From the IMG/VR virus record IMGVR_UViG_3300042879_003234, positions 1 to 52,257 of that record: a stretch of DNA of 52,257 nucleotides; one strand, given 5' to 3'. Positions within the stretch are counted from its first letter, which is position 1; the number at the start of each line of letters is the position of its first letter. The notes below the pieces were generated by a model that saw only the letters and a program-made list of their open reading frames with translations, searched no databases and was not told the origin of the DNA. This DNA comes from a virus (taxonomy: Duplodnaviria > Caudoviricetes). The position numbers and the translations under genes were made by a program. This document shows positions 9,312-19,503 of this stretch, piece after piece.

Positions 9312-10013
9312 ATGAAAGTTTCATTAGTTCTTACTGGATTTATGAGAAATTGGGAGTATAACTACCCAATGGTCAAAGAACAAATTCTGGATCAATACAA
9401 CCCAGATGTTTATATAACATCGTACACATATTCAAAAAATTATTGGATTAATAATTCCGAAGAAGTGGATGTTCAAAAAGTAATCGATACTTATAACCCC
9501 AAAAATTATATCTTTAGAGAAATTGAAACATGTCCCGAAATAAATTTTATCGATAACGGTAGTGAATCAATAGGTAGAAACTATTCTATACTTCAAACAT
9601 ATGGATGGTATACCCAAAAGTTAGCACTTAATCTGTTTAATTTTGATGACTATAACATCATTATAAAACTAAGAACCGATATTGGACTATCAAACTTTAA
9701 AATAATTCAATCAAAACCTTTAGTAATACCAGAGTGGAAATATCGCCCTGGACCATGTAAAGCATCACAGGCATATGTTGACTATTTTGCTTATGGAAAT
9801 CCAAAGATGATGAAAGGATATTTCAGTCTTTATGATAAATTAGAAGAAATGAATCGAATGGGAATAGATGTTTCTTTGGGAGAAACTCTACTAAAAAATT
9901 ATATTGATACCTATGTTACAGATGAAGTGTACAAAGATACCGAAGTCGATTGGATTTTACGAGGTGATATGTGGGCATCTCAATTAGGAACAATATTTCC
10001 CTTACAGTTCTAA
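9312..10013 (+). CDS. putative glycosyltransferase-like / surface-glycan-related protein
   Basis: MKVSLVLTGFMR...YNIIIKLRTD...DYFAYG...E..L pattern, familiar from phage GT-like hypothetical proteins; function inferred. Confidence 0.45.
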   Translation: MKVSLVLTGFMRNWEYNYPMVKEQILDQYNPDVYITSYTYSKNYWINNSEEVDVQKVIDTYNPKNYIFREIETCPEINFIDNGSESIGRNYSILQTYGWYTQKLALNLFNFDDYNIIIKLRTDIGLSNFKIIQSKPLVIPEWKYRPGPCKASQAYVDYFAYGNPKMMKGYFSLYDKLEEMNRMGIDVSLGETLLKNYIDTYVTDEVYKDTEVDWILRGDMWASQLGTIFPLQF

Positions 10014-10685
10014 CCATTGGGATGGGTGAGTGCATCCTTGATGATGCTTATAATACTCTGATTTTAAAGTTACCCTTACATCACCAGCAATCGCAACTCT
10101 TTCATTTGTTCTTGGAGTTTTTTTAATTGTTTGATGATAAGTTTCAGTAGGCATTACAACTACAGTTCCTTCTGTTGGAGTGATAGTATAAAAATTACAA
10201 TTATATCTGTTAAATCCAGTCATAATATTATGATTGTCTACTGTATCAAAAAATCCTTTACACGCTTCATTTCTATTTTGACCAGGCATTTGTACAACGG
10301 TGAATTTGTCTGATGTTTCGTCCGTGTTTAGATAATATACAAAACTAATATTTGCTTCGTTATGATTATGTGGAGCCATTGGAGGAGTAGTATCATCTTT
10401 ATGATATACAACCCACGACTTCGCAATATGGTAGTTTAGTCTATCGTACTTAACATTGAGAGCATCAAAATATCCATCAAAAACTTTTCTCAATCCTTTA
10501 AAAAGGTCTGAATATTTCGGGTTTAGATGTACAAAAATATTTGAAGAATGCTCTGGAGTTTCAAATTCATATCCATTGAACCAATACTTTTTTAATTCTT
10601 CAAAATTATTTCTTTTGAATTCCTCATGGCAATCCAAAGACTCCTGATAGACAATCAGGGGAAAAATTTCATGTATTTTTTTCAT
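10002..10685 (-). CDS. 2OG-Fe(II) oxygenase (cyanophage TIGR02466-like)
   Basis: SW...PHNH..ANISFVYYL...EG.VVVMP...YH...ERVAIAGDV. Confidence 0.85.
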   Translation of the reverse strand: MKKIHEIFPLIVYQESLDCHEEFKRNNFEELKKYWFNGYEFETPEHSSNIFVHLNPKYSDLFKGLRKVFDGYFDALNVKYDRLNYHIAKSWVVYHKDDTTPPMAPHNHNEANISFVYYLNTDETSDKFTVVQMPGQNRNEACKGFFDTVDNHNIMTGFNRYNCNFYTITPTEGTVVVMPTETYHQTIKKTPRTNERVAIAGDVRVTLKSEYYKHHQGCTHPSQWLEL

Positions 10686-11662
10686 TACTTAATTAAGTTA
10701 TATTCATTATTATCTCCTGGATAATCATCAGGAGTCAAGCCTTTATATTCTGGAATATTTTTACTGGTGTCTTTTCTTTCTCCATACACTGTAAAGCTGC
10801 AATGTATTGGACCTCCAGATGAATTGATGACTTTAATTTTTGAACCCCATTCTATTTGCTCATAAAATAATTCTTGGAAACATCCAATTGGAGTTAAGTT
10901 TACAGTTATAGTTTCTAAATCAACTAAACCTTTCCAATAGTCTGGAAGTTCAATAACATTATTTTCCTTTAAAACTCCTCTGAAATAAACTTCTGCGGAT
11001 GGTCCTTCTAAAGAAACATATCTTAGTCTATGCCCATCTTTAGTTGGGTGCAAAATATCGAATGGTTTTTTTGATACAGCAATAGAAAACGTTCCATTTA
11101 AGGTTGTTACTTTACTTGAATAATCTGGGTATGGACCAGCTGGAGGAGCACCAAATAATGCTGCACCATTAAATGCAGCACCAATGTTAGAATCAAATCC
11201 CAATTCCGTCTTTGTTCCAGAAAAAACTTTAGCACCAATATCTTGAGATGCTCCCAAAAATGTTTGAGTTGGTGAAATCAAACTAAAGTTTGCAAGAGTA
11301 ATCATACTGATAGTTGTGGACTGTACGATAAAAGGCATCGGACCACAAAAAACAGTTACACCAACTGGACCTGTCGGATCACCAATAACAACATCAATTG
11401 GAGTTGGAGGAAAACCTCTACTCGATACTTTGAAAATTGAAGGAACTAGACCTAACTGGTCCTGGTTGATATTTCTAGCAACCATTAAGTTTGCTTCTGG
11501 ACCATTAGGAATTGGATAACTGATCGGAGCCCCAACCAGCATCGGACCTTCTACATATCCAGATCCCCTAATTTCAGTTGGACCCAATCCAAGACAAAGT
11601 GCTGGTGGATTCGCACATCCAACGTGAAGTTTTTTAGCTACGTGTAAATCAGGTACTTGCAT
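10685..11662 (-). CDS. gp5-associated spike/fibre-like protein with a C-terminal chaperone-like domain
   Basis: KPFDILHPTKDGHRLRYVSLEGP..EVYFRG C-terminal module; lies in the gp5 operon. Confidence 0.55.
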   Translation of the reverse strand: MQVPDLHVAKKLHVGCANPPALCLGLGPTEIRGSGYVEGPMLVGAPISYPIPNGPEANLMVARNINQDQLGLVPSIFKVSSRGFPPTPIDVVIGDPTGPVGVTVFCGPMPFIVQSTTISMITLANFSLISPTQTFLGASQDIGAKVFSGTKTELGFDSNIGAAFNGAALFGAPPAGPYPDYSSKVTTLNGTFSIAVSKKPFDILHPTKDGHRLRYVSLEGPSAEVYFRGVLKENNVIELPDYWKGLVDLETITVNLTPIGCFQELFYEQIEWGSKIKVINSSGGPIHCSFTVYGERKDTSKNIPEYKGLTPDDYPGDNNEYNLIK

Positions 11663-11663
11663 A

Positions 11664-12287
11664 TTAGAATCCTAACAAATCAAATAAATTTTCTTGAATT
11701 TCAAATGGATATAATGGATTTGGTACTGACTGTGGGGTGCTTGCAGGACAAGATTTAGATCCACCAATCATTGAAGCACCATCTGCAGTTTGCATGAGAC
11801 CTCCGTAAATATTTAGAAGACCCTTTCCAACTGTTTCCAAAGTTCCAGAAGAGAAAAACTTCGCAACTGATGAAGCATTTAGTTCAATATTTTTTGCTCT
11901 TACATCAAACTTTTCATTTGCTTCGATAGTAACGTAACCATTTTTATTATCTTCTCCTTGAGCAGATAAAAATATATTCTTGGCTTGTAATTGAATCTTA
12001 CCTTTCTGTGCAGATAAAATAATGTCTCCTCTCAGAGCATCAATTACAACAGCTGGATCACCATCAGTAACATTCTCCCCTGCCTTTACAGAAAAGACTC
12101 CTGGAACTCTATGCATCGTGTGTCCTTCACGATGACCGTCAGCATCCATCATCATGTAATGATTCTCATCGTATCCACTACGGAGCATGACGGCACAGAT
12201 TACGCCATCCTCATGAATATGTCCGAATTGAACCTCACCATCTACAGTTCCATATCTACAAACGTGATAGTTTTGACCCTGCTTCAT
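11664..12287 (-). CDS. gp5-associated beta-repeat (spike-like) protein
   Basis: Repeated I.L.A..G.I.L.AKNI beta strands; coupled to the gp5 stop codon. Confidence 0.55.
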   Translation of the reverse strand: MKQGQNYHVCRYGTVDGEVQFGHIHEDGVICAVMLRSGYDENHYMMMDADGHREGHTMHRVPGVFSVKAGENVTDGDPAVVIDALRGDIILSAQKGKIQLQAKNIFLSAQGEDNKNGYVTIEANEKFDVRAKNIELNASSVAKFFSSGTLETVGKGLLNIYGGLMQTADGASMIGGSKSCPASTPQSVPNPLYPFEIQENLFDLLGF

Positions 12288-14704
12288 TATACTTTACCTA
12301 CGCAATCAATAACTTGAATAACTTTTGTTCTATCTTCTGGTGTAAGTTCACCTTCTAAATCATTTCCTTTTCTATTTACACACATAACAGGAATCAAAAT
12401 AGCATTGTATCCCGTTTCACTTTCGATAATCAGATCTGGAACCTCTAAAAATCCCTCACCTTTACTTATTATTTCAGCTCCAACAATTGATCCGTAGGGT
12501 CCAAATACAGGAACAATTTCTGCACCACCAGAATTTGGTTCAATTCTAATTCGATCCGTTGGTAGATAATTTACTCCTGTCCTCTTAATGAAAACATCAC
12601 AAATTTGCATGATAACTGGATAAGATCCATTAGATGTAATCGCTGCATCAATACCTAAATTCTGTATTTGCTGTTCGGTCAGTCCGCCGCCGCCGCCAGT
12701 TCCATCTCCCCCATCACCATCACCATCACCAGTATCAATTAAAACTGGTGCTTCCAGAGTACCGCACTCTTTTTTAACTATGTTTTTTCCACCAACTAAA
12801 ACTTCAGTTACTACTCCTTCAACATTTGTGATCTCTGCAGTAGTTGAAAATGGTATAGTTACAGTATCTCCTGGACATACTTCTGTTCTACTACCAGGAT
12901 TTAGTGGTCTCTCATATTTTCCATTTGATCTTTTAATAGTTGTTTGATCTTTCGTTGCCCAGGTTCTTCCCATTCCTCCTAAACTACCATCATACTTATT
13001 CTTATACCCTGTTCCTGGTCTGATCATTACAACTTCAATAATACCTGTTCCAGGTTTACCTCTGTTTTTATCGGCATTACTTCCACTCCCTGGTGGTCTT
13101 GTTGGACCCAAAACTACCTGACCAACAGCACCCCTTCCTCCACCACAAGGATCTTCAACAGAAACTCTGGTTTTTTCATTGTATCCAATACCAGTTGAAA
13201 GAATATCAACACCCAATACTTCTCCAGTCTTACCGATAATTGCGTTACCAACTGCTCCTACTCCACCTCCTCCCCAGAAGCGAACAGATGGGGGTCCACA
13301 TAATTCTGGACCAACATAGCAGTTTGTAAAGACACCAGCCATATCATCTCCAAGTGATGCAAAATCAAAATTATCCAAATTTACTGCATCAGAAAAAGAT
13401 TGTCCAACTTCTTTCGCTCTATCAAACATATTTTCTATTGAAGAAATAATTCCTCCATTAGATCCTCCCCATTGAGACCACTCAGTAACTTCTGAACATT
13501 CTGGATTTTCGTCGCAAGTTAAGAATCCTTTTAAGTATGCGAGTAAGGCTAGAATATCACCAGCAAAATCTAATGCCCCAACAACTGCATTTAATGGTGC
13601 TAATATTGCATCTAAAGCACCATTAATTAAACCTAAGATACCACCAATGATGGTTCCAATTAATCCCTCAATAAAGCAACTTGTAACATTAACAATATTG
13701 TCGAGAGTACCTTTAAGAGCTGCTTGAATTATATCACAAAGAGCAGCAATAATTTTATTGTAAATGCACAAAAGAATATCTATCGCAGTCTTCTGTGCAT
13801 TCTTAACATTATTTCTTTGATCTACTGGAACAGTATAGAACGTTGGTCTAACAGCTGCTTGTGTTTTTTCCTCAATAAATTTTCTAACAGCATCAATAAT
13901 TGTTTTTATAAACCTAGCAATAACACAAGCGACTTCAGCAAGAGATCTTTCTATAGCCGCTTGAAAGTCTTGTATCTTACCTATTGCTACCTGAGCCCAA
14001 CAATCTATAAGACTTTTAATTCTTTCAATTTCTTTTACTAAATTTTCAATAGCTATTTTTGCTTGATCTAAAGCACTACCCCCACACTTCTGTGTTTTAT
14101 TGATAGATGTTTTATCATCATATCCAGTTTTAGCTTGAATGATGTCTGCATTATTTGTAAGATTTGGAACTGAGGCAGATCCTTCTAGCGGTCTTCCACC
14201 ATTAAAAGGATTGCCGCAACCACTACCCTTCCCAGATGGAATTCCATAGGTAGCAACTCTTTCATTATTAGCGTGAGCACTGAATGGAACAAACCCCTTA
14301 TTTGGAATTGACTTTAGTAATTCTGTTTGAGCATTGTTCTCAAGGATTCCCATGATAACTGGTTGCTGGGATTCCATTCCATCAGCATAGAATCCATACA
14401 CAAAAGTTCCATGTTTAATTAATGGAGTTTGACCAGACTGCATGTGACCAGATCCTGCAGTCACTGGAAGTAATATAGTTGCCCAAGGTAAATTTATATC
14501 AGAAATATCGGTCTTCTTATCTGTTTGATGACCTAAAATTCTGACTTTATATCTTGCTCCCCATCCTTTTATTTCATTAGGATCTTTGATTTTTTTAGAT
14601 GGCGCATTATCTTTCCAGGTGCTGTTATCAACAACCTGTCCAATCCACCAGTAGAAACCATCGGCTCCTATTACGCTAGAATTAAATAGTGAGTTTTCAA
14701 GCAT
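12287..14704 (-). CDS. gp5: baseplate hub/central spike gp5-like protein (N-terminal OB fold)
   Basis: GFYWWIGQV...RYKVRILG.H...LPWA...G.FVYGFYADG..SQQPVIMG signature. Confidence 0.85.
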   Translation of the reverse strand: MLENSLFNSSVIGADGFYWWIGQVVDNSTWKDNAPSKKIKDPNEIKGWGARYKVRILGHQTDKKTDISDINLPWATILLPVTAGSGHMQSGQTPLIKHGTFVYGFYADGMESQQPVIMGILENNAQTELLKSIPNKGFVPFSAHANNERVATYGIPSGKGSGCGNPFNGGRPLEGSASVPNLTNNADIIQAKTGYDDKTSINKTQKCGGSALDQAKIAIENLVKEIERIKSLIDCWAQVAIGKIQDFQAAIERSLAEVACVIARFIKTIIDAVRKFIEEKTQAAVRPTFYTVPVDQRNNVKNAQKTAIDILLCIYNKIIAALCDIIQAALKGTLDNIVNVTSCFIEGLIGTIIGGILGLINGALDAILAPLNAVVGALDFAGDILALLAYLKGFLTCDENPECSEVTEWSQWGGSNGGIISSIENMFDRAKEVGQSFSDAVNLDNFDFASLGDDMAGVFTNCYVGPELCGPPSVRFWGGGGVGAVGNAIIGKTGEVLGVDILSTGIGYNEKTRVSVEDPCGGGRGAVGQVVLGPTRPPGSGSNADKNRGKPGTGIIEVVMIRPGTGYKNKYDGSLGGMGRTWATKDQTTIKRSNGKYERPLNPGSRTEVCPGDTVTIPFSTTAEITNVEGVVTEVLVGGKNIVKKECGTLEAPVLIDTGDGDGDGGDGTGGGGGLTEQQIQNLGIDAAITSNGSYPVIMQICDVFIKRTGVNYLPTDRIRIEPNSGGAEIVPVFGPYGSIVGAEIISKGEGFLEVPDLIIESETGYNAILIPVMCVNRKGNDLEGELTPEDRTKVIQVIDCVGKV

Positions 14705-14916
14705 CAGTCTTCGTAAACTCTACATTCTATAGCACCTGGATTTGCATCACAGAATAATTCCAAAGGAGTTGGATCATGATCATCTTCTGGATGATGTTCT
14801 TTATAAGATTTAAGAGCATTTAATTCCTCCTCAGTATGTCTACGAGCTTGAGGAGAAGTTTGTGGATCGTCTAAAATCCTTTTATCTTTTTCAATATGTT
14901 GATCTATGTTTTCCAT
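14704..14916 (-). CDS. cp12: CP12 Calvin-cycle regulator (auxiliary metabolic gene)
   Basis: C-terminal PTPLELFCDANPGAIECRVYED CP12 motif. Confidence 0.93.
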   Translation of the reverse strand: MENIDQHIEKDKRILDDPQTSPQARRHTEEELNALKSYKEHHPEDDHDPTPLELFCDANPGAIECRVYED

Positions 14917-14937
14917 ATCGGTAACATAATTTTTTAC

Positions 14938-14943
14938 TATTTA
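14938..14943 (-). promoter_or_regulatory. late promoter core TAAATA for cp12-gp5
   Basis: ATAAATAG 22 nt upstream of the cp12 ATG. Confidence 0.6.
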
Positions 14944-16317
14944 TTATAGTATGCTAGTGATCCCTCCAGAAGAAGCACTCTTCTTACCATCTCCCTCCCT
15001 AACAATGTTTAACTTTGTATAAGAAGTTCCTGGAGTTAATTGATGACAAATATCCGAAATCAAATAGATACCACTTAACTTTGTACTGACTTTCTGTTGC
15101 TCCTGTGCAGATTGTTCTGGGAAAGCAACCTCAATTAAATCTCCAGCATGAAGTGAAAAGTTTGCAGGAATAGTTATCTCAACCTTTCTAGCATACAGTT
15201 GATTATATCTCATTGGTGCTTGAGCAACTGTACTCTCAATATCCATTGTTGATTCTTTTGACTTTTTCAATTGCTCTTCTACAGTTGCTCCACTAGGTAG
15301 AACTCCTACAGGAAGAGTCGATACGAACTCTCTAGACACTTTATCTTTCAACCAATCTGGAAGACACTGCAACTCTTTTCCAGCAGTCTTGACTTTTGAT
15401 TCCTGTTCACTTGCCTTTTTTTCTTGATCTTTATACTCTTGATTATAAGTGTTTAATGTTCTGGTTCTATTTCCGTAAGAACCCATCTGAAGTTTTGATT
15501 GAATGTCCATACCACCAGTATCATCTTCGCTTGCTGCTACTACAGTATAGTCTACAATCTTTCCAAAATATCCATTGGGTAGATCCGTCGTGTTATTCAT
15601 AATATATTTTGGTGGTGTCTTCCCCTTACTATCTAAAAGTTTATCGATAGATTTAAAATAAAATCCATCACTTGTTTCATAAAAGAAATATCCAGCAGTT
15701 GGATTTTTATTTGTTGCCCCTTCCGTTTTCTTATTGGTTTTTGTTTGCTCAATTTTTGGAATAGATTTTTTACATAACCAAGTACAAATGTAAAAAGGTT
15801 TTCTTGAATTTCCTAGAAAATTATACTCATTCAAAGTCTCATCAAAGAAAACTTTCTTCTGCGTTTTAATTATATCTCTCATAATTTTTGCAAAAGAATC
15901 TGAAATTTTTCCGTCATATCTTTTAACAACTCTTTCTATCTCATTCAAGAAATATTCTTTACTTGTAAGTTCCAAAGCAACAATATTCCTAGTTGTACTT
16001 CTTGTAATTCCTGCAGTTTTATTCACATGAACTTTAACTGCTATTTTTTCACCATAGTTGTCGATCATTTCTAAATCTAATTCTTCACCACCACAAACTG
16101 GAAGTCCTTCAATAACTCCCTTTGCATTTTCTCCAGTTCCAACACTTTGTCCTGTCTCGGCAAAAACAATTCCAACATCAATTGTTTCCTGTAAAATACT
16201 CTCACGATATTCTATGCGAGCAAGACCAGTTGATAGGTCAACTTTATTACTTCCTTGATTGGCCTTTAAAATACATTTTTTAACTTCAGCCGATTCAGCT
16301 CTTTTTGTTTCCGTCAT
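14944..16317 (-). CDS. baseplate hub protein (gp27/gpD-like)
   Basis: GYFFYETSDGFYFKSID and IPANFSLHAGD.I...SG.YLI..ICH hub motifs; position before gp5. Confidence 0.7.
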   Translation of the reverse strand: MTETKRAESAEVKKCILKANQGSNKVDLSTGLARIEYRESILQETIDVGIVFAETGQSVGTGENAKGVIEGLPVCGGEELDLEMIDNYGEKIAVKVHVNKTAGITRSTTRNIVALELTSKEYFLNEIERVVKRYDGKISDSFAKIMRDIIKTQKKVFFDETLNEYNFLGNSRKPFYICTWLCKKSIPKIEQTKTNKKTEGATNKNPTAGYFFYETSDGFYFKSIDKLLDSKGKTPPKYIMNNTTDLPNGYFGKIVDYTVVAASEDDTGGMDIQSKLQMGSYGNRTRTLNTYNQEYKDQEKKASEQESKVKTAGKELQCLPDWLKDKVSREFVSTLPVGVLPSGATVEEQLKKSKESTMDIESTVAQAPMRYNQLYARKVEITIPANFSLHAGDLIEVAFPEQSAQEQQKVSTKLSGIYLISDICHQLTPGTSYTKLNIVREGDGKKSASSGGITSIL

Positions 16318-19300
16318 TATCCTACAGCGTACAATTTGTTAAATGGATCATATGTAGATTTAGTATTATTATTTAATCCCATTCCAGAAGATCCAGATGA
16401 AGATCCTCCTTCAGGTCCTTGAGATGATTCTGAATTATCTACAACGATAACCTCAGATGATCCTCCAAATTCATATGAAGCATACTTACTTAATGATGAT
16501 ATGATTGAAGGCATCTTAGTCTGTAAAGATTTTTTATCATGAACATCATAGTTCAAAATATCAAGTAATCCTGGAGCAACTCTTTCCGTTGCCTTATATG
16601 AGTCAGCATCAATTACATATTCAGCACCCTTTTCACCAATCATAGCTACGTGTGGTTTCGCTAAAGTTGGTCCACCTTTTTCATACAACCTCATCAATTC
16701 TTGTGGAGCAACTTTTCCTTTCTCATCATATCTACCATGAGCAACGAAAGAATTTGATCCTACAATATCAGCACTCACACCAAATCCATTTCTACGATAT
16801 TGCATTCCAGTAGTTCTAAGAGGAAATGGAACCTTTGCCTCAAAATCAACTTGCATATCAATTCCACCCTGAGATCCTTTAGCAGTGTGAACTTGCTGCT
16901 CTCTCGCAATCATTTTTGCAGCTTCTCCAGAAGAAGGTTTGCTTCCTTTCGGAACCGAAACTTTACTTCTTCCAAAGTAAACACTTCTCTTTCCTGCAAA
17001 TTGATTAAAAGCTTTTAGTGCAGTTGATCTAGCATCAGAGTTGTATTGTGATTGTAATATTGTTCCCTTTGTTTGACTTCCAGGACCAATATGAAAGTGA
17101 ACTCCTTCAGATGCTCCAGAATTTCCCTGAATAAATTTACCATCCCCACCGACTTGTCCACCTTCTTTAGTATCAGACATACCAGGACCAGTTGGAGAAC
17201 CTATTTGTCCTTTTTTGTATTTTTCAAGCCTATTATTAGCATATCCAACAAGAGTCTTCATACTTTTTTCTGGTTGACCATAACCAGCACCAGGAAGGGA
17301 AGCCCAAGTTTTTCTCGCACCATGGAAAGCAGTAGCAAAATCTCCTTTATCAATAGCTTGAAGAACATGAGGTGCAAGTAACTTTAAGGCACCCTTATCT
17401 TGGTTAGCAGGACTGAAATCTGGAAGTCCTAAACCATCCCAAGTTGTACTTAAAAACTGATAACGACCCGCAGCATCTGAAGCATATCTACCACTACGTT
17501 GTATTTGTCTGGGGTGATTTCTGTACCCACTAAACTGTTTTCCAGTGAACATAGTATTGTATCCTGTATTAGGATAGTTTGCAGTCCCCTCGGCATAAGC
17601 AAGTGTATCTAAAAATGCTCTCCTATATGGATTTAAAGACGTATCTGCAGTTCCTCCTCCAGTTGTCTCCCCACTAAACTCTTCACCATTTACTCCAGGT
17701 GCTGATTGAGTTTCTTCTTCTTTTTTCTTAAGAAGCATATTTTTCATCAAATCACGAGTCACACTATCCACTTTTGGATAAATTGAATCCTTAGCGGACT
17801 GTTCTATCCACTTAGTAAGATCAACATCTCCATTTGTGATACTAGGATCTACTAATCCACCTTCAGCAAAGGCAGTTATGATACCACCTTTCAATTTATT
17901 TTTAGCAAATCCTTGTTGAATAAGTGCGTTAATACCTAAAGCAACATTTTCAAAATCACTGTTAGATGGTTTCTGTCCCAATAGTAAATTAGATGCCAGA
18001 GTTAATACTGGTCCAAAGAAATCTATTTTTGAATATGTAACAGATGATCTCCTCATGAAACCAAAAGGATCTGGTTGTTCTTGAGGTTTTTCTGTAGTTT
18101 TCTTACCAAAAAGACCAGCAAAAGGGTTTGGGAATAGTCCAAAAAGTTTTTGTTCTCCACCGATATCTTTTCCTGGAACAACCTGTGGAGCGGATGGTAA
18201 CTTAGCAGTGATTCTTCGTTTACCTTTTCCTAGTCGTAATTTTCTACCAGATGGTTTTGATCTTCTAGATTTACGATTTTTATTTCCAGCTTTGCCCCCT
18301 TCAGCATATCCTTTTTTATTCCCAGTTTCTTTTGATGACTTATTATTAAAAAATACATCATAAAGTTTTCCGCCAATATCTCCCCCAACAAAACCTCCAA
18401 CAGCAGCACCTATTGGTCCACCGATAGCAGCTCCAACAGCACCAACTAATAATGAACCAATACCTCTAAATGCTGCTTTACCTATAGGATCACCAAGAGC
18501 CCAAGATAAACCAAATTCAAGGAGTCCCCCGATGATAGGAAGTCTTCCAAGAATCGGTTTTAAACTTCTAAGTGCTGCTCTTTGTGCAACCTTTCCACCA
18601 ACACCTTGAGTTACTTTTGGTCCAGTACCAGGAAATTTAAATCCTTTACCACCACTCGTAGTTACTGTTGGTTTCTTTCTAAATGGATTTCTTACATCAG
18701 GTTTTCCTACTCGACGACCACCTGAAGTTGTTACTCCCCTAAAACCTTTTGCAGATGCTGCTCCTCCTGCTCCCTTACCACCACCAAGACCCATTCCTCC
18801 ACGATTTCTAACAGCAATCAAACCAGCAATGATTGCTAAGTTAATGAATGTGTTTAATGTACTTGAAAATTTATCAAATAATTTTGCTCCCGTATCACCA
18901 AACATATTTTTGATGAATCCACGAGTAGCATCATATGCTTTATATCCCCAATCTATGAATGTAACAAGTCCATCTAGAAGTTTTCCTCCAATATCAATAA
19001 TAAAATCCGCAGCTTTTACCATCACAGATACGAATTTCATCGCAGTTGGTAAGTGTTCAATAAGTCTGTAAGCAAGAAATCCTAGAACAGTATTGAAAAT
19101 AAAGTTTTTAATCCAATCAAATAATCCCATTTTTGGTGTAGGGATTTTTGGTTTCTTTAAGTCATCTTTGGTAGGTTTCTTTTCTAAATCTTTTTCCTTT
19201 TTTTCAAATTCTTCTTTTTCAGATCTTCTTCTTTTCCTTTCAGAGTCTTTTTTTTGAGTAGCAAAACTACTCTGCAACATTTTTTCAATATCAATAACTT

Positions 19301-19499
19301 TTAATTTAATTTCGTAAACGTCTTCTTGAACTCTATCTGAAAAATCTTGTTTTTTCTTTGATAAAATATCAGTTGTTTTAACAGTTTTTTTCGATGCAAA
19401 GAATTTTGTTTGTGGAGAAATTGCACCAGAATTTGATTTGACTAAAGATCCTCCTTTATTCCCTGCAGGTAAAAATTTTCTAGTGTTTAAGTTAGCCAT
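16317..19499 (-). CDS. tape-measure-like / ejected protein with a lambda-R-type lysozyme and an M23-like domain
   Basis: Coiled coil and hydrophobic helices, FAEGG motifs, AFLDTLAYAEGT...AAGRYQFLSTTW...DFSPANQD. Confidence 0.75.
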   Translation of the reverse strand: MANLNTRKFLPAGNKGGSLVKSNSGAISPQTKFFASKKTVKTTDILSKKKQDFSDRVQEDVYEIKLKVIDIEKMLQSSFATQKKDSERKRRRSEKEEFEKKEKDLEKKPTKDDLKKPKIPTPKMGLFDWIKNFIFNTVLGFLAYRLIEHLPTAMKFVSVMVKAADFIIDIGGKLLDGLVTFIDWGYKAYDATRGFIKNMFGDTGAKLFDKFSSTLNTFINLAIIAGLIAVRNRGGMGLGGGKGAGGAASAKGFRGVTTSGGRRVGKPDVRNPFRKKPTVTTSGGKGFKFPGTGPKVTQGVGGKVAQRAALRSLKPILGRLPIIGGLLEFGLSWALGDPIGKAAFRGIGSLLVGAVGAAIGGPIGAAVGGFVGGDIGGKLYDVFFNNKSSKETGNKKGYAEGGKAGNKNRKSRRSKPSGRKLRLGKGKRRITAKLPSAPQVVPGKDIGGEQKLFGLFPNPFAGLFGKKTTEKPQEQPDPFGFMRRSSVTYSKIDFFGPVLTLASNLLLGQKPSNSDFENVALGINALIQQGFAKNKLKGGIITAFAEGGLVDPSITNGDVDLTKWIEQSAKDSIYPKVDSVTRDLMKNMLLKKKEEETQSAPGVNGEEFSGETTGGGTADTSLNPYRRAFLDTLAYAEGTANYPNTGYNTMFTGKQFSGYRNHPRQIQRSGRYASDAAGRYQFLSTTWDGLGLPDFSPANQDKGALKLLAPHVLQAIDKGDFATAFHGARKTWASLPGAGYGQPEKSMKTLVGYANNRLEKYKKGQIGSPTGPGMSDTKEGGQVGGDGKFIQGNSGASEGVHFHIGPGSQTKGTILQSQYNSDARSTALKAFNQFAGKRSVYFGRSKVSVPKGSKPSSGEAAKMIAREQQVHTAKGSQGGIDMQVDFEAKVPFPLRTTGMQYRRNGFGVSADIVGSNSFVAHGRYDEKGKVAPQELMRLYEKGGPTLAKPHVAMIGEKGAEYVIDADSYKATERVAPGLLDILNYDVHDKKSLQTKMPSIISSLSKYASYEFGGSSEVIVVDNSESSQGPEGGSSSGSSGMGLNNNTKSTYDPFNKLYAVG

Positions 19500-19503
19500 T
19501 TAT

